Shown one piece after another: positions 9,396 through 19,348 of a stretch of DNA of 64,000 nt. Both the position numbers and the translations under genes were made by a program. The notes under the pieces were generated by a model. The model did no database searches. It saw nothing but the letters and a program-made list of their open reading frames with translations, and was not told the DNA's origin. The first letter of the stretch is position 1. Each line of letters starts with the position of its first letter. This DNA is from an uncultured Verrucomicrobiae bacterium (GTDB lineage: Bacteria; Verrucomicrobiota; Verrucomicrobiia; Chthoniobacterales; Chthoniobacteraceae): the NCBI GenBank assembly GCA_963769025.1, contig CAVYKI010000009.1, positions 96,001-160,000 on the forward strand, read 5' to 3'.

Positions 9396-12300
9396 ATGCT
9401 TCGCAAAATCGTTCCCGCCGTCCTCGCGTTCCTCGCAGTCACTGCCGTACAGGCGGAGACGAAACCGCTCCATGCCCTGCTCATCGCCGGCGGCTGCTGC
9501 CACAACTACGGCGCGCAGCAGAAGATCCTGAGCGAGGGAATCCAGGCGCGCGCGAATGTGCGGGTGGATGTGATCTGGACGGACGACTCGGGCACGGCCC
9601 CGCACTTTCCGCTCTACGAGAAGGCCGACTGGGCGAAAGGGTACGACGTGATCATCCACGACGAGTGCGCGGCGGGCGTGAAGGATCTGGCGCTCGTGAA
9701 GAACATCATCAAGGCCCACGAGACGGTGCCCGCGGTGAACCTGCACTGCGCGATGCACTCCTTCCGCACCGGAACCGATGACTGGTTCAGCTTCCTCGGC
9801 CTCCAGTCGAATTCACATAACTGGCAGAAGCCGATCGCGATTCGTTTCACGGACTCCGCCCATCCGATCACGAAGGGCCTCGCGGACTGGACGACGATCA
9901 ATGAGGAGCTGTACAACAATGTGAAAATCCTCGGCGGCAAGGAGCTCGCGACCGGCACGCAGGACCAGAAGGCAAAGGATGGCAGCGTCGCGCCGGTGAG
10001 CGCGGTCGTGGCGTGGACGAACGATTACGGGCCAAACAAGACGCGCATTTTCAGCACGACGATCGGCCACAACAACGAAACCGTCGCGGATGCCCGGTAT
10101 CTGGACCTCGTCACGCGAGGCCTGCTCTGGTCGTGCGACAAGCTGAACGCGGATTACCTGAAGCCGTTCACCGGCAAGAATGAGGTGTTCTTCATCAAGG
10201 CCGCGCCACAGGCGGCAAAGCCGAAGCCCGCCGCTGCGGCGCCGCCGGTCGCGCCGAAGGACGCGACGCCGGTGACGGTGACTGCGTCGAGTGAGGAATC
10301 GGGGAAGGGGAACTTTGCGTGGAAGGCCGTGGATGGCGACGCGGGTTCGCGCTGGTGTGCGGGCGATGCGTCGAAGCCGCAGTGGCTGCAGTTCGAATTT
10401 GAAAAGGCGCAGGATCTCAGTGCCGTGCAGATCACGTGGGAGAGCCAGAACAACACTTACAAGCACATCATCGAGGCCTCGGCCGACGGCAAGACGTGGG
10501 CGGTGCTCGTGGACGCGCGCGAGAATGCAAAGGGCGGCGAAAGCGAACACGCACTCGGCGCAAAGGCGGTGCGCTTTTTGAAAATCACGTGCACGGGCAC
10601 GTCGCAGGGCGGCTGGGCGAGCATCAAGGAGGTGACGGTGAAGGGTGAAGGCATCAAGGCGCTCGCGCCAAAGGGCGGTGTGCCGCAGCAGCAGGCGCAG
10701 GCGGGAAAGCAGGGTGCGAAGAACGCAGCCGATCCGAACGACCCGCTCAGCAAGGAAGGCAACATCACTCCGAAGATCGTGAAGCTCACGAAGGAGCAGG
10801 AGGCGGAGATTTTGAAGGACGTGAAGGTGCCGGAGGGGTTTGATGTGACGCTCTTCGCGAATTCGCAGGCGGCGAATTACCCGGTTTACGTCGCCGCAGC
10901 GCCGGACGGCACGCTCTACGTTTCCAGCGACGGCAACGGTTCGCTCGGGCGCAGTCCGCATCGCGGGCGCATCGTGCGCCTGCAGGACACCGACGGCGAC
11001 GGGCGCGCGGATGACGCGAAGGAATTCGTGAAGGACGTGGACTCGCCGCGCGGGCTCGTGTGGGACCACGACCGGCTCTATCTGATCCATCCGCCGGATA
11101 TCAGCGTTTACATCGACAAGGACGCCAAGGGAATTTCGAGCGAGGAGAAGACGCTGATCAAGGGCATCGCATTCGGCTTCGCGGATCGTCCCGCGGATCA
11201 CACGACGAACGGGCTCGCGCTCGGCATCGATGGCTACCTCTACATCGCGGGTGGTGACTTCGGCTTCATGGACGCCGTCGGCACGGATGGGAAGCATCTC
11301 CAGCACCGCGGCGGCGGCGTGATCCGTTTTCGCCCCGACGGCACCGGGCTCGAACTCGTGAGCCAGGGCACGCGCAATATTCTCGAAGTCGCAGTCGGCC
11401 CGCTCATGAACATGTTCGCGCGCGACAACACGAACGACGGGGACGGGTGGAACGTGCGTTTCCACCATTTCACCGGCCTCGAAACCCACGGCTACCCGGT
11501 CCTGTACCGAAACTTCCCCGATGAGCAGGTCGCTCCGCTCAACGACTACGGCGGCGGTTCCGGGTGCGGCGCGGTATTTCTCGATGAGCCGGGCTTTGGA
11601 AAATGGAACAACGCACCGCTCACCGCGGACTGGGGCACGGGCGCGCTGTGGCAGCACAGCGTGAAGCAGAAGGGTTCGACCTACACCGAGACGGCGAAAC
11701 CGGAGCCATTCATCCGGATGACCCGCCCGACCGATGCGGACGTGGACGCGATGAGCCATGTGTACCTGGCGAGCTGGAAAGGCGCGACGTTCAACTGGGC
11801 CGGTCCGGACGTCGGCTACATCGCGCGCGTTTCGCCGCATGGTTTCAAACCGGCGGCGCTGCCGGACTTCGCGAAGGCCAGCGACGAGGCGCTCGTGAAG
11901 CTGCTTGAATCACCGAGCCACCGCACGCGCCTCGAGGCGCAACGCACACTTCTCCGGCGCGAAGACAAGCCCGCGACGCGCAGCCTCCTCCTCGCGCTGG
12001 CCGCCGACAAGTCGAAGCCGCTCGCCGCGCGGGTGGCCGCGGTATATGGCGTCTCCCAGCGGAATGTGAGCGCACCCGACGCGGCGAATCTCAAGTCGGT
12101 CGCCGCACTCGCGAGTGAGCCGGCCATCCAGCCATACGTGCTGCTCGCGCTCGGCGATTCCGGCCTCGGGGCGAAACAGCAGTCGCAGTCACTCGTGCCC
12201 GCCGCGGTTTTCAGTGCCGGGCTGAAGAGCAACGACCCGCAGGCGAGGCTGAACGCCGTCATCGGCGCGACTCGCCAGCGCATGACTGCGCTCGCACCGG

Positions 12301-13856
12301 AAATCGCCGCGCTGCTCGGCGACGGCGACGACGTCATCACGCACACGGTGCAGCGCTCGCTCGCGATGCTCGGCACTCCGGAGGCGTGCTTCGCGATCGT
12401 GGATGATGCGGGTGCGCCCTCGAAAACGCGCGACAGTGCGTTGCGTTCGGTGCGCATGATGCACACGCCGCAGGTTGTGGACGGACTGGTGAAACGCCTC
12501 GCAAGCACCAAGGGCCTCGAGGCGCGCAAGGGCATTCTTAGCGCGCTGTGCCGGCTGCATTTCAGCGAAGGAAAATGGACGGGGAACAGCTGGGGCACGC
12601 GCCCGGATTACCGCGGGCCCTACTACCAGCCCGACCCGTGGAGCGAGACAGACAAAATCGCCGCCGTCCTCAAGGACACCCTCGCGAAGGCGCAGCCCGC
12701 GGAGGCGGCGTTCCTCGTCGGCGAACTGAACCGCAACCGCATCCAGTTCAACGAAGCGCTCCAGCGCATCCTCACGCTCGCGAAGACGGACGCGAAGCTC
12801 ATCCCGGACGCGGTCGCTCAGTTGGCCACCGCGGAATCCATCCCGAGCGAGGCCATTCCGCTGCTCGTGCAGGCGGCGCAGTCGAAGGAGTTTCCCGAGA
12901 ATGTGATCGCGCAGTCCGTCGCCGCTCTCGCGAAGGTGGACAGTGCGGACGGGGCGCGCGCATCGCTGCAGGCGCTCGTGCAGCTCACGGCGATGAAGGC
13001 TGGCAACAAGGATCGCGAAGCGGCGCGCAACGCTTTCCTGAACGCCCCGAAGCTGGAGAACCATCACCAGATGATCGAGGACGCCGCCGCGAAAATGGAC
13101 GGCGAACTTTCGGTGTGGGCCGACGCCGCGCTGCTCACGCTCAGCGCACGGAAGACCGGTTCGCCCGAGGCACGCGAACTTTCCACGAAGGCGCTCGACA
13201 CCGGCTGGCAGAACCCGAAGCGCCGCGCGCAAATCCTGAAGGCTGCCGGCGAGATCAAGCACAACGCGTATGCGGACAGGATTCTCGCGTCGCTGGATGA
13301 CCCGGACAAGGCCGTCGCCAGCGAGGCGAAGAATGCCGCCGGCAAAATGAAGCTCGAAAAGAAGAAGAAGGACTCCGGGCCTTTGATCGGCACGATGCAA
13401 GTGAAGGATGTCGTCGCGCAGGTCATGAAGGTGAAAGGTGACATCGCGCTGGGCGAGCAGCTCTTCACGCGGAACACCTGCTTCGCGTGCCATACGACGG
13501 CGGAGGACCAGCCGCAGAAGGGGCCCTACCTTGGCAACATTGCGCAGACGTACAAGCGCGCCGACCTGGCGGAGAACATCCTCGATCCGAACAAGACCAT
13601 CGCGCAGGGCTTCGCGACGAATGTCTTCACGCTCAAGGACGGCACGATCAACATGGGCTTCGTCGTGCGTGAGGGCGCGGACAAGGTCGCGATGCGCAAC
13701 GTCGCCGCGCAGGAATCCACCTACGACGTGAAGGACATCGTGAAGCGCGAGACGCTGCCGACTTCCATCATGCCGCCGGGACTCGTGAACAATCTGACGG
13801 TGAAGGAATTCGCCGGCCTGCTCGATTACATGGAGTCGCTGGCGGTGAAAAAGTAG
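9396..13856 (+). CDS. PVC-type heme-binding CxxCH protein: ThuA-like + discoidin (F5/8) + dehydrogenase beta-propeller + HEAT repeats + cytochrome c
   Basis: Signal peptide, GGCCHNY/TTIGHNNET (ThuA-like), AVDGD..SRWC (discoidin), DTDGDGRAD/DHTTNG/GTRN (propeller), CFACH and SIMPPGL (cyt c). Confidence 0.85.
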   Translation: MLRKIVPAVLAFLAVTAVQAETKPLHALLIAGGCCHNYGAQQKILSEGIQARANVRVDVIWTDDSGTAPHFPLYEKADWAKGYDVIIHDECAAGVKDLALVKNIIKAHETVPAVNLHCAMHSFRTGTDDWFSFLGLQSNSHNWQKPIAIRFTDSAHPITKGLADWTTINEELYNNVKILGGKELATGTQDQKAKDGSVAPVSAVVAWTNDYGPNKTRIFSTTIGHNNETVADARYLDLVTRGLLWSCDKLNADYLKPFTGKNEVFFIKAAPQAAKPKPAAAAPPVAPKDATPVTVTASSEESGKGNFAWKAVDGDAGSRWCAGDASKPQWLQFEFEKAQDLSAVQITWESQNNTYKHIIEASADGKTWAVLVDARENAKGGESEHALGAKAVRFLKITCTGTSQGGWASIKEVTVKGEGIKALAPKGGVPQQQAQAGKQGAKNAADPNDPLSKEGNITPKIVKLTKEQEAEILKDVKVPEGFDVTLFANSQAANYPVYVAAAPDGTLYVSSDGNGSLGRSPHRGRIVRLQDTDGDGRADDAKEFVKDVDSPRGLVWDHDRLYLIHPPDISVYIDKDAKGISSEEKTLIKGIAFGFADRPADHTTNGLALGIDGYLYIAGGDFGFMDAVGTDGKHLQHRGGGVIRFRPDGTGLELVSQGTRNILEVAVGPLMNMFARDNTNDGDGWNVRFHHFTGLETHGYPVLYRNFPDEQVAPLNDYGGGSGCGAVFLDEPGFGKWNNAPLTADWGTGALWQHSVKQKGSTYTETAKPEPFIRMTRPTDADVDAMSHVYLASWKGATFNWAGPDVGYIARVSPHGFKPAALPDFAKASDEALVKLLESPSHRTRLEAQRTLLRREDKPATRSLLLALAADKSKPLAARVAAVYGVSQRNVSAPDAANLKSVAALASEPAIQPYVLLALGDSGLGAKQQSQSLVPAAVFSAGLKSNDPQARLNAVIGATRQRMTALAPEIAALLGDGDDVITHTVQRSLAMLGTPEACFAIVDDAGAPSKTRDSALRSVRMMHTPQVVDGLVKRLASTKGLEARKGILSALCRLHFSEGKWTGNSWGTRPDYRGPYYQPDPWSETDKIAAVLKDTLAKAQPAEAAFLVGELNRNRIQFNEALQRILTLAKTDAKLIPDAVAQLATAESIPSEAIPLLVQAAQSKEFPENVIAQSVAALAKVDSADGARASLQALVQLTAMKAGNKDREAARNAFLNAPKLENHHQMIEDAAAKMDGELSVWADAALLTLSARKTGSPEARELSTKALDTGWQNPKRRAQILKAAGEIKHNAYADRILASLDDPDKAVASEAKNAAGKMKLEKKKKDSGPLIGTMQVKDVVAQVMKVKGDIALGEQLFTRNTCFACHTTAEDQPQKGPYLGNIAQTYKRADLAENILDPNKTIAQGFATNVFTLKDGTINMGFVVREGADKVAMRNVAAQESTYDVKDIVKRETLPTSIMPPGLVNNLTVKEFAGLLDYMESLAVKK

Positions 13857-13944
13857 GCGCTGGCTCCATCAAGCAGCACTGGACATTCGCCGCGCGTCAC
13901 TGATTCATTCCCATCCAACGCAACCACCGACCCCACCACCGACC

Positions 13945-14259
13945 ATGAACATCCAGAAGATGATGAAGCAGGCGCAGAAGATGCAGGAACAGATGCAGCG
14001 CACCCAGGAAGAACTCGCCGAGCGGACCATCGAGGCGACCGCAGGCGGCGGAAAAATCACCGTCACAGCGAATGGGGCGGGGGACGTGCTCTCGATCAAG
14101 ATCAGCAAGGACGTGGTGGACCCGAATGACGTGGAGATGCTCGAAGACCTCGTCCTCACCGGCGTGCAAAAGGCGATCGAGGAAGGCCGTGCGCTGATGC
14201 AGGCCGAGATGGGGAAGATCACCGGGGGCATGGGCATGCCGCCGGGGCTGGGCCTTTAG
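13945..14259 (+). CDS. ybaB: YbaB/EbfC nucleoid-associated protein
   Basis: MMKQAQKMQ, AGGGKITV, DVEMLEDLV. Confidence 0.95.
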   Translation: MNIQKMMKQAQKMQEQMQRTQEELAERTIEATAGGGKITVTANGAGDVLSIKISKDVVDPNDVEMLEDLVLTGVQKAIEEGRALMQAEMGKITGGMGMPPGLGL

Positions 14260-14265
14260 CCGGAT

Positions 14266-15189
14266 CTAACGCAGCCAGCGCGCAATTTTCTCCGCGGCAG
14301 TGAAGCCGAGCAGCGCGTAGACGGCGCGGTAGCTGAACGGCGCTGCGGGGCCGGCGAGACGGATGAGGCCCTTCGCCTTTCTCTCTGCGTGCCAGGCCGC
14401 GGCTGCGGCGAGGTCGTGCTGCGCAAAGGTGCGGGACATTTCAAAGCACACGCGGCCGATTTCGCGGCGGTGCGTGTCAGTGAGGAGGCTTCGTTGCGCA
14501 AGATGTGCGAGCATGGTGTCGAGCAAGCCGGTGCGGACGTGGATGACGAGGAGCGGGTCCTTGCGGCAGACAGTGTCATTGCTCCAGATGCGATAGACGG
14601 CGCCGGGCGTCGGGGTGAATGTGAAGCGCAGGCCGGCCACAAGCGCGCGGAGGTAAAGCTCGTGTTCCTGGCAGCAGGGCTGGCCTTCCTTCCAGCCGCC
14701 GAGGCGCGCGAGGGCCTCGCGCCGCCAGAGGCAGCCGCCGGTCTGCGGGATGTGCCACCGGATCCATTGCGTGAAGATGTCCGCGTCCGGGTCGATGTCG
14801 CTCGCGGCCCGCGTGGAGGCTGTGGCGGACAATGTCTCGACCCAGACAGGGCTGTAGATGACATCGGCCGCACGGCCATTGTCCGCTTCGCGGAGTTGCG
14901 TGATGACTTTCGCGGGCTCGAGGTAATCGTCGGCGTCGAGGTATTGCACCCAGTCGCCCGTTGCGCTTTGGAGCACGAGGTTTCGCGCGCGGTTTCCGCC
15001 TTGGTGTCCGCTTTCGATGAACTTGATGCGGTCGCCAAAGCCCCTCGCGATTTCCGGTGACGCGTCGGTGGACCCGTCATCCACGACAATGACCTCGGTC
15101 TCCACGTCCTGTTGATCGAGCGCGCTCTGGATGGCCTGCGCGATCCATCGCTCGGCGTTGTAGCAGGGGATGCCGACGGTGACTTTCAT
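14266..15189 (-). CDS. Glycosyltransferase family 2
   Basis: MKVTVGIPCYNAE, VVDDGSTD, ARN, YLDADD; ATG overlaps the stop of the upstream asnB-like gene. Confidence 0.92.
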   Translation of the reverse strand: MKVTVGIPCYNAERWIAQAIQSALDQQDVETEVIVVDDGSTDASPEIARGFGDRIKFIESGHQGGNRARNLVLQSATGDWVQYLDADDYLEPAKVITQLREADNGRAADVIYSPVWVETLSATASTRAASDIDPDADIFTQWIRWHIPQTGGCLWRREALARLGGWKEGQPCCQEHELYLRALVAGLRFTFTPTPGAVYRIWSNDTVCRKDPLLVIHVRTGLLDTMLAHLAQRSLLTDTHRREIGRVCFEMSRTFAQHDLAAAAAWHAERKAKGLIRLAGPAAPFSYRAVYALLGFTAAEKIARWLR

Positions 15190-17066
15190 CGCAGGATCGT
15201 GCGGCGCCAGACCTCGTAGAGCCAGAGGGAGTAAAAGATGCGCACGCCATCCCACCGGCCGGCGACGGTGTCCTCCCACGCGGCGGTGAGCAGCTTGCGG
15301 TCGAGTTGTTCGCAGACGGCGGAGTTGGCGGCGAAGAGTTCGTCCCGCACGCGGTCGTGCAGCGGACCGGCGAACCACCGCGCGAGCGGGACCGGGAAGC
15401 CGAGCTTCGGGCGGTTCATCGGCTCGCTGAGCTTCCGTGCGAGCACCTTGCGGAGGATGAATTTGCCGGGGCCGCCGGCCGGCAGTTTCAGCGACGAGGG
15501 GATGCGGGCGGCAATCCTTCGCGACCTCGATGTCGAGGATGGGAGTCCGCAGCTCGATGCTCGCGCCCATGCTCATCTTGTCGGCCTTTTGAAGGAGCGA
15601 CTCGGCGAGCTGCCAGCGGATGTCGAAGCAGAGCAGTTCGCTCAGCCGGTCGCGCTGCGGGCGGAAAATGTCAGCGCCGAGAATGCCCGTCGCGCCGTGG
15701 AGTTCCGCGAGTTGAGACGTCCGAAATCCGCGGGGATTGGACACGTCGCCGGGGAAACCCTCGATGCGCAGCATCGCCATTTCCGCTGCGGTGGAACTGC
15801 ACGCCCGCCATCGCATGCGGGACCAGCGGGACGGACTCGCAAAGCAGCCGCCCGGCAATATCCGGCGCCATCGTCGCAGGCCGTTCCGTCCGCTCCATCG
15901 TCGCGAGCATTCCCGCGTAGCGGCCCTCGTAGCCGGCGAAAAGTTCGTCGCTGCCTTCGCCGCTGAGCAGCACCTTCACATGGTTGCGCGCGAGTTCGCA
16001 GACTTTCAGAACGGCGAAGGCGGCGGGATCGCCGACGGGTTCATCGAGATGCCATGCGATGCGTTCGATGTTGTCGGCGAGATCGGTCGCCGTGAGTTCG
16101 AGCGCGTGGTGTTTGCTGCCGATCTCCTTCGCGGTTTTCGCAGCGCCGATCAGTTCGCTGTCCTCCGCGCCAAAGCCGACCGTGAACGTCTGCATCGTGC
16201 CGCCTTGCAGTTCCTGCGCGTAGGCGGACACCGTCGCGCGAGTCGAGCCCGCTGCTGAGCAGCACGCCGACCGGCACGTCTGCGCGCAGGTGGACGCGCA
16301 CGCTGTCCTTGAGCACGGCGTCGAGCGCATCCGCGGCATCGTCGGGGTCCGTCAGGTCGGGCTTTTTGGAAAGGTCGTAGCGCCATTCTCGCACGCCGGC
16401 GGTATTGCCCGGGGCGTCGAGTTCCACTTGCAGCCACTGTCCCGGCTGGAGCTTGCGGATTTCGGCGAAGTGCGTCTGGCCGGCCGGCGCGACGGGCGGG
16501 AGCGACAGCCATGCGGCGTATTCCAGAAAGGCTTCAGGCCGGAGTTCGCGGTTCACCCATGGCAGCGCGAGGAGGCATTTCAGCTCGGAGCCGAATGCAA
16601 AGCGACCGTCGCGTTTTGTCCAGTACAGGGGTTTCTGCCCAAAGTGATCGCGCGCCAGCAGCAGGCGGCGGCGTGCCTGGTCGAGGATGCAAAACGCGAA
16701 CATGCCGCGCAGCCGCTCGGACATGTCGGCGCCCATCTCTTCGTAAAGATGCAGGAGCACCTCGGTGTCGGAGTGGGTGCAGAAGCGGTGCCCCTTGCCC
16801 TCTAGTTCCGTCCGGAGTTCGACGTAGTTGTAGATCTCGCCATTGAACACGACGGCGATCGTCCCGTCCTCGTTCCAGATCGGCTGTGCGCCGCCTTTGA
16901 GATCGATGATGGAGAGCCGGCGCATCCCGATGGCGAGACCGTCCGGCTTTGAAATGTGTGTGCCTTCCCCGTCCGGTCCGCGGTGGGCGATGCGCGCGAG
17001 CATGCGACCGAGCGCCCCGGCGAGGTCGGACTCTGAACGATCAACGATGCCTGCAATGCCGCACAT
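15186..17066 (-). pseudogene. asnB: Asparagine synthase (glutamine-hydrolysing) family amidotransferase with three +1 frameshifts (possibly sequencing error)
   Basis: MCGIAG, HRGPD, RRLSIID, FNGEIYN, LSSGLDS, LSGEGSDELFAGY, KADKMSM, KLGFPVP are spread over four reading segments, with shifts near 16240, 15880 and 15517. Confidence 0.88.
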
Positions 17067-17165
17067 GGGAATGGGTGGGGTTTTGAGGCTGTCTGAGCGA
17101 AGCGCGTGCCATGGACTCAGCGCGCGATGTCGCGTGCGGTGCACCGGCGCGGCGTCGGGGCATGC

Positions 17166-18077
17166 TCACCGCGATTCCCCCGCGAGGAGCACGGGACGGA
17201 GGCGCTTCAGTCCGTCGCCGAAAAACCGGTCGCGGACGGTTCCGACGTAATGGCGCGCCACGGAGTCTTCTGCGGCGTTCTTGCTGAGCGAGATCTCGTA
17301 GGATTTCGGAAGCAGGCCGCCCCGGCCGTACCGCGATGCGCAGAGCGCGAAGAGTGTCTGCTCCACGCACTGGAGGGAGCCTTTCAGGATGCTCGTCTCG
17401 CCGAGGATCCGGTCGCAGAACTCAAAGTCGATCGCCTCCTTCGTGATGAGCGCGATGCCTGTGTTCACGCGTGGCCAGAGTTGCACGCCCAAGTCCTCGA
17501 TCGCATCCCTTTCCGGGAGGAGACTGTTTTCCGTGACGTCCTCGGCGAACCAGCATTCCTTCGCGCCATTGCCGACCCAGTCCATGATCTCGCGAGGGTG
17601 ATTGAAGAAGAGCACGTCGCTGTCGAGCATGATGAAGCGCGGAGCTTCGCAGTAGTACGGCATGTCGAAGATCTTCAGCGCGAGCGGATGCATGCCGCGG
17701 TACTCGTATGCCAAGGGGAGGGACTTCAGCGCGGCGTCGAGCGTGGCGTCGGCCTGGGCGCGGGGGATGATGCGGGCGGTCTTGAACAACGTCGCGAGTT
17801 CGCGGCGCATCTCGTCGGTGAGCGTCCCGTCATCGTGAATGACGACGCTCCACGTGTGCTCGGTGTGATGGAAGAAGCTGGCGAGCATCCACGCGCAGAA
17901 CTGCCAGTCCTTTTCGCCGGTGAGGACGTGGATCGGCACCGACATCGGCGCGTCGTTCCAAAACGGCCAGTTCCATTTCTGGATCAGGGGCCTGACTTTG
18001 TAGTCGTGGTAGCTGGCGCTCCACCCGCGTTTCGTGTCGCGTTTGAGCAGCCGCCACAGCCGTCCCGGTGAAATCAT
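17166..18077 (-). CDS. Putative GT-A fold glycosyltransferase-like protein
   Basis: IHDDGTL, LALKIFD, LDSDVLFF (DXD), EQTLFAL; lies in the glycan operon; paralogue of 19345..20364. Confidence 0.65.
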   Translation of the reverse strand: MISPGRLWRLLKRDTKRGWSASYHDYKVRPLIQKWNWPFWNDAPMSVPIHVLTGEKDWQFCAWMLASFFHHTEHTWSVVIHDDGTLTDEMRRELATLFKTARIIPRAQADATLDAALKSLPLAYEYRGMHPLALKIFDMPYYCEAPRFIMLDSDVLFFNHPREIMDWVGNGAKECWFAEDVTENSLLPERDAIEDLGVQLWPRVNTGIALITKEAIDFEFCDRILGETSILKGSLQCVEQTLFALCASRYGRGGLLPKSYEISLSKNAAEDSVARHYVGTVRDRFFGDGLKRLRPVLLAGESR

Positions 18078-18208
18078 GTCTGCTTATGACGCTTGAAAGC
18101 GGCGAATCTGGCAAGCGCGGCGTTCTTGGGCATTTGTGGTGTTCCCCGATGTGCTGGAGACGCATGGGAAGGGATGGCCGGCAACGCTGGCGGCGGTTCT
18201 GCAAAGGC

Positions 18209-19348
18209 TCACGATGCGGAAGGGGAACCGAGGATGTTTCCGTAACGTGCGGTGCAATGATCAACGACGCGCGCCCAGGAAAAGCGCCGCGCGAAAGCCG
18301 TGCAGGCGTTGGCATCGAAACGGATCGCGCCGGCAAGAAACCGCGTCAGCGCTGCGGAGATCGTGTCCGGGGTCACGGTGTCGAGCAGGATGCCGCTCAC
18401 GTTCTCCTCGACGGCTTCGACGGCACCGCCGATCCGGGCGGCCAGCACCGGGCAGCCGCAGGCGTTTGCTTCGAGATAGACGAGGCCGAACCCTTCGTAC
18501 GCGACCGGCGTCGCGGAGGTCGGCAGGATGAACAGGTCGCTGTCGAGCAAGTGCTCACGCAGCGTCTCCATCCCGAGAAAGCCCGTAAAGGTCACCCGGT
18601 CGCCGAGACGGAGTTCCGCGGTGAGGCGCTCGTATTCCGTCCGGAGTTCGCCGTCGCCGATCACGGTGTAGTGGAATGCGGGATCGCCCTTGAGTTGCGC
18701 GAGGGCACGGAGCACGAGGTCGACATTCTTGTGTCGCTCGGCGAGGCGGCACACGGTCACAAGTCGCGTCACTCCCGGCCGACGCGGAGGACGGCGAAGC
18801 GCGAAGTATTCCTCGGAGATTCCCACCATGGCCGGGGAGCTCCTGCCGCGGCATGCGGGATTCTTTTCGATGAAGCGGCGCTCGGTATAGCGGCTGTTTG
18901 CGAAAACGTGCGCCGCTTGGGGAAGGGCGCGGCGGACGAGTGCCGTCGTCAGCCAGTCGCCGATCCAGCGATCGAGCCGGCTGCCGAACTTCAACCGCGG
19001 CGCAAAGTCGAGCCGCTCGACGGGAAAGTACGGACTGAGAAAATCGTTTCCATGAACCGTGACGAAAACCGGTGAGGCTTCCAGTGCCAGCCACGAATAC
19101 GCGGCGTTCATCGCGTGCCACACGTCATACGATCGATCCTGCAAGATGCGGCGATCCGCACGGCGTCGAAGCTGGAGCACTGGTTCGATTCGAAACGGCG
19201 CATCTGACAATTCACCGCTCGGATGCGCCTGGGTGAAAACGGTGACGTCATGCCTGCGGGCGGCCAGCTCCTTTGCGAACTCGTAGCTGTAGGTCTGGAC
19301 GCCGCCTGTCTCGGGCGGGAATTCGGGCGAGACGATCGCGATCTTCAT
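18209..19348 (-). CDS. Glycosyltransferase family 4
   Basis: EFPPETGG, TVHGND, HKNVD, EGFGLVYLEANACG (EX7E). Confidence 0.92.
   Translation of the reverse strand: MKIAIVSPEFPPETGGVQTYSYEFAKELAARRHDVTVFTQAHPSGELSDAPFRIEPVLQLRRRADRRILQDRSYDVWHAMNAAYSWLALEASPVFVTVHGNDFLSPYFPVERLDFAPRLKFGSRLDRWIGDWLTTALVRRALPQAAHVFANSRYTERRFIEKNPACRGRSSPAMVGISEEYFALRRPPRRPGVTRLVTVCRLAERHKNVDLVLRALAQLKGDPAFHYTVIGDGELRTEYERLTAELRLGDRVTFTGFLGMETLREHLLDSDLFILPTSATPVAYEGFGLVYLEANACGCPVLAARIGGAVEAVEENVSGILLDTVTPDTISAALTRFLAGAIRFDANACTAFARRFSWARVVDHCTARYGNILGSPSAS

Noticed and set aside
8214..14259. ruvB without adjacent ruvA/ruvC and ybaB without dnaX/recR as a notable rearrangement
   Set aside because: Dispersal of these genes is common and cannot be judged from a single window
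14266..15858. 530-aa AsnB-GT2 fusion protein
   Set aside because: Artefact of the asnB frameshift near 15517; GT2 has its own ATG at 15189 overlapping the asnB stop
15500..16250. Programmed ribosomal frameshifting or phase variation in asnB
   Set aside because: No slippery heptamers or long homopolymers at the three sites; three independent shifts are better explained by error or decay
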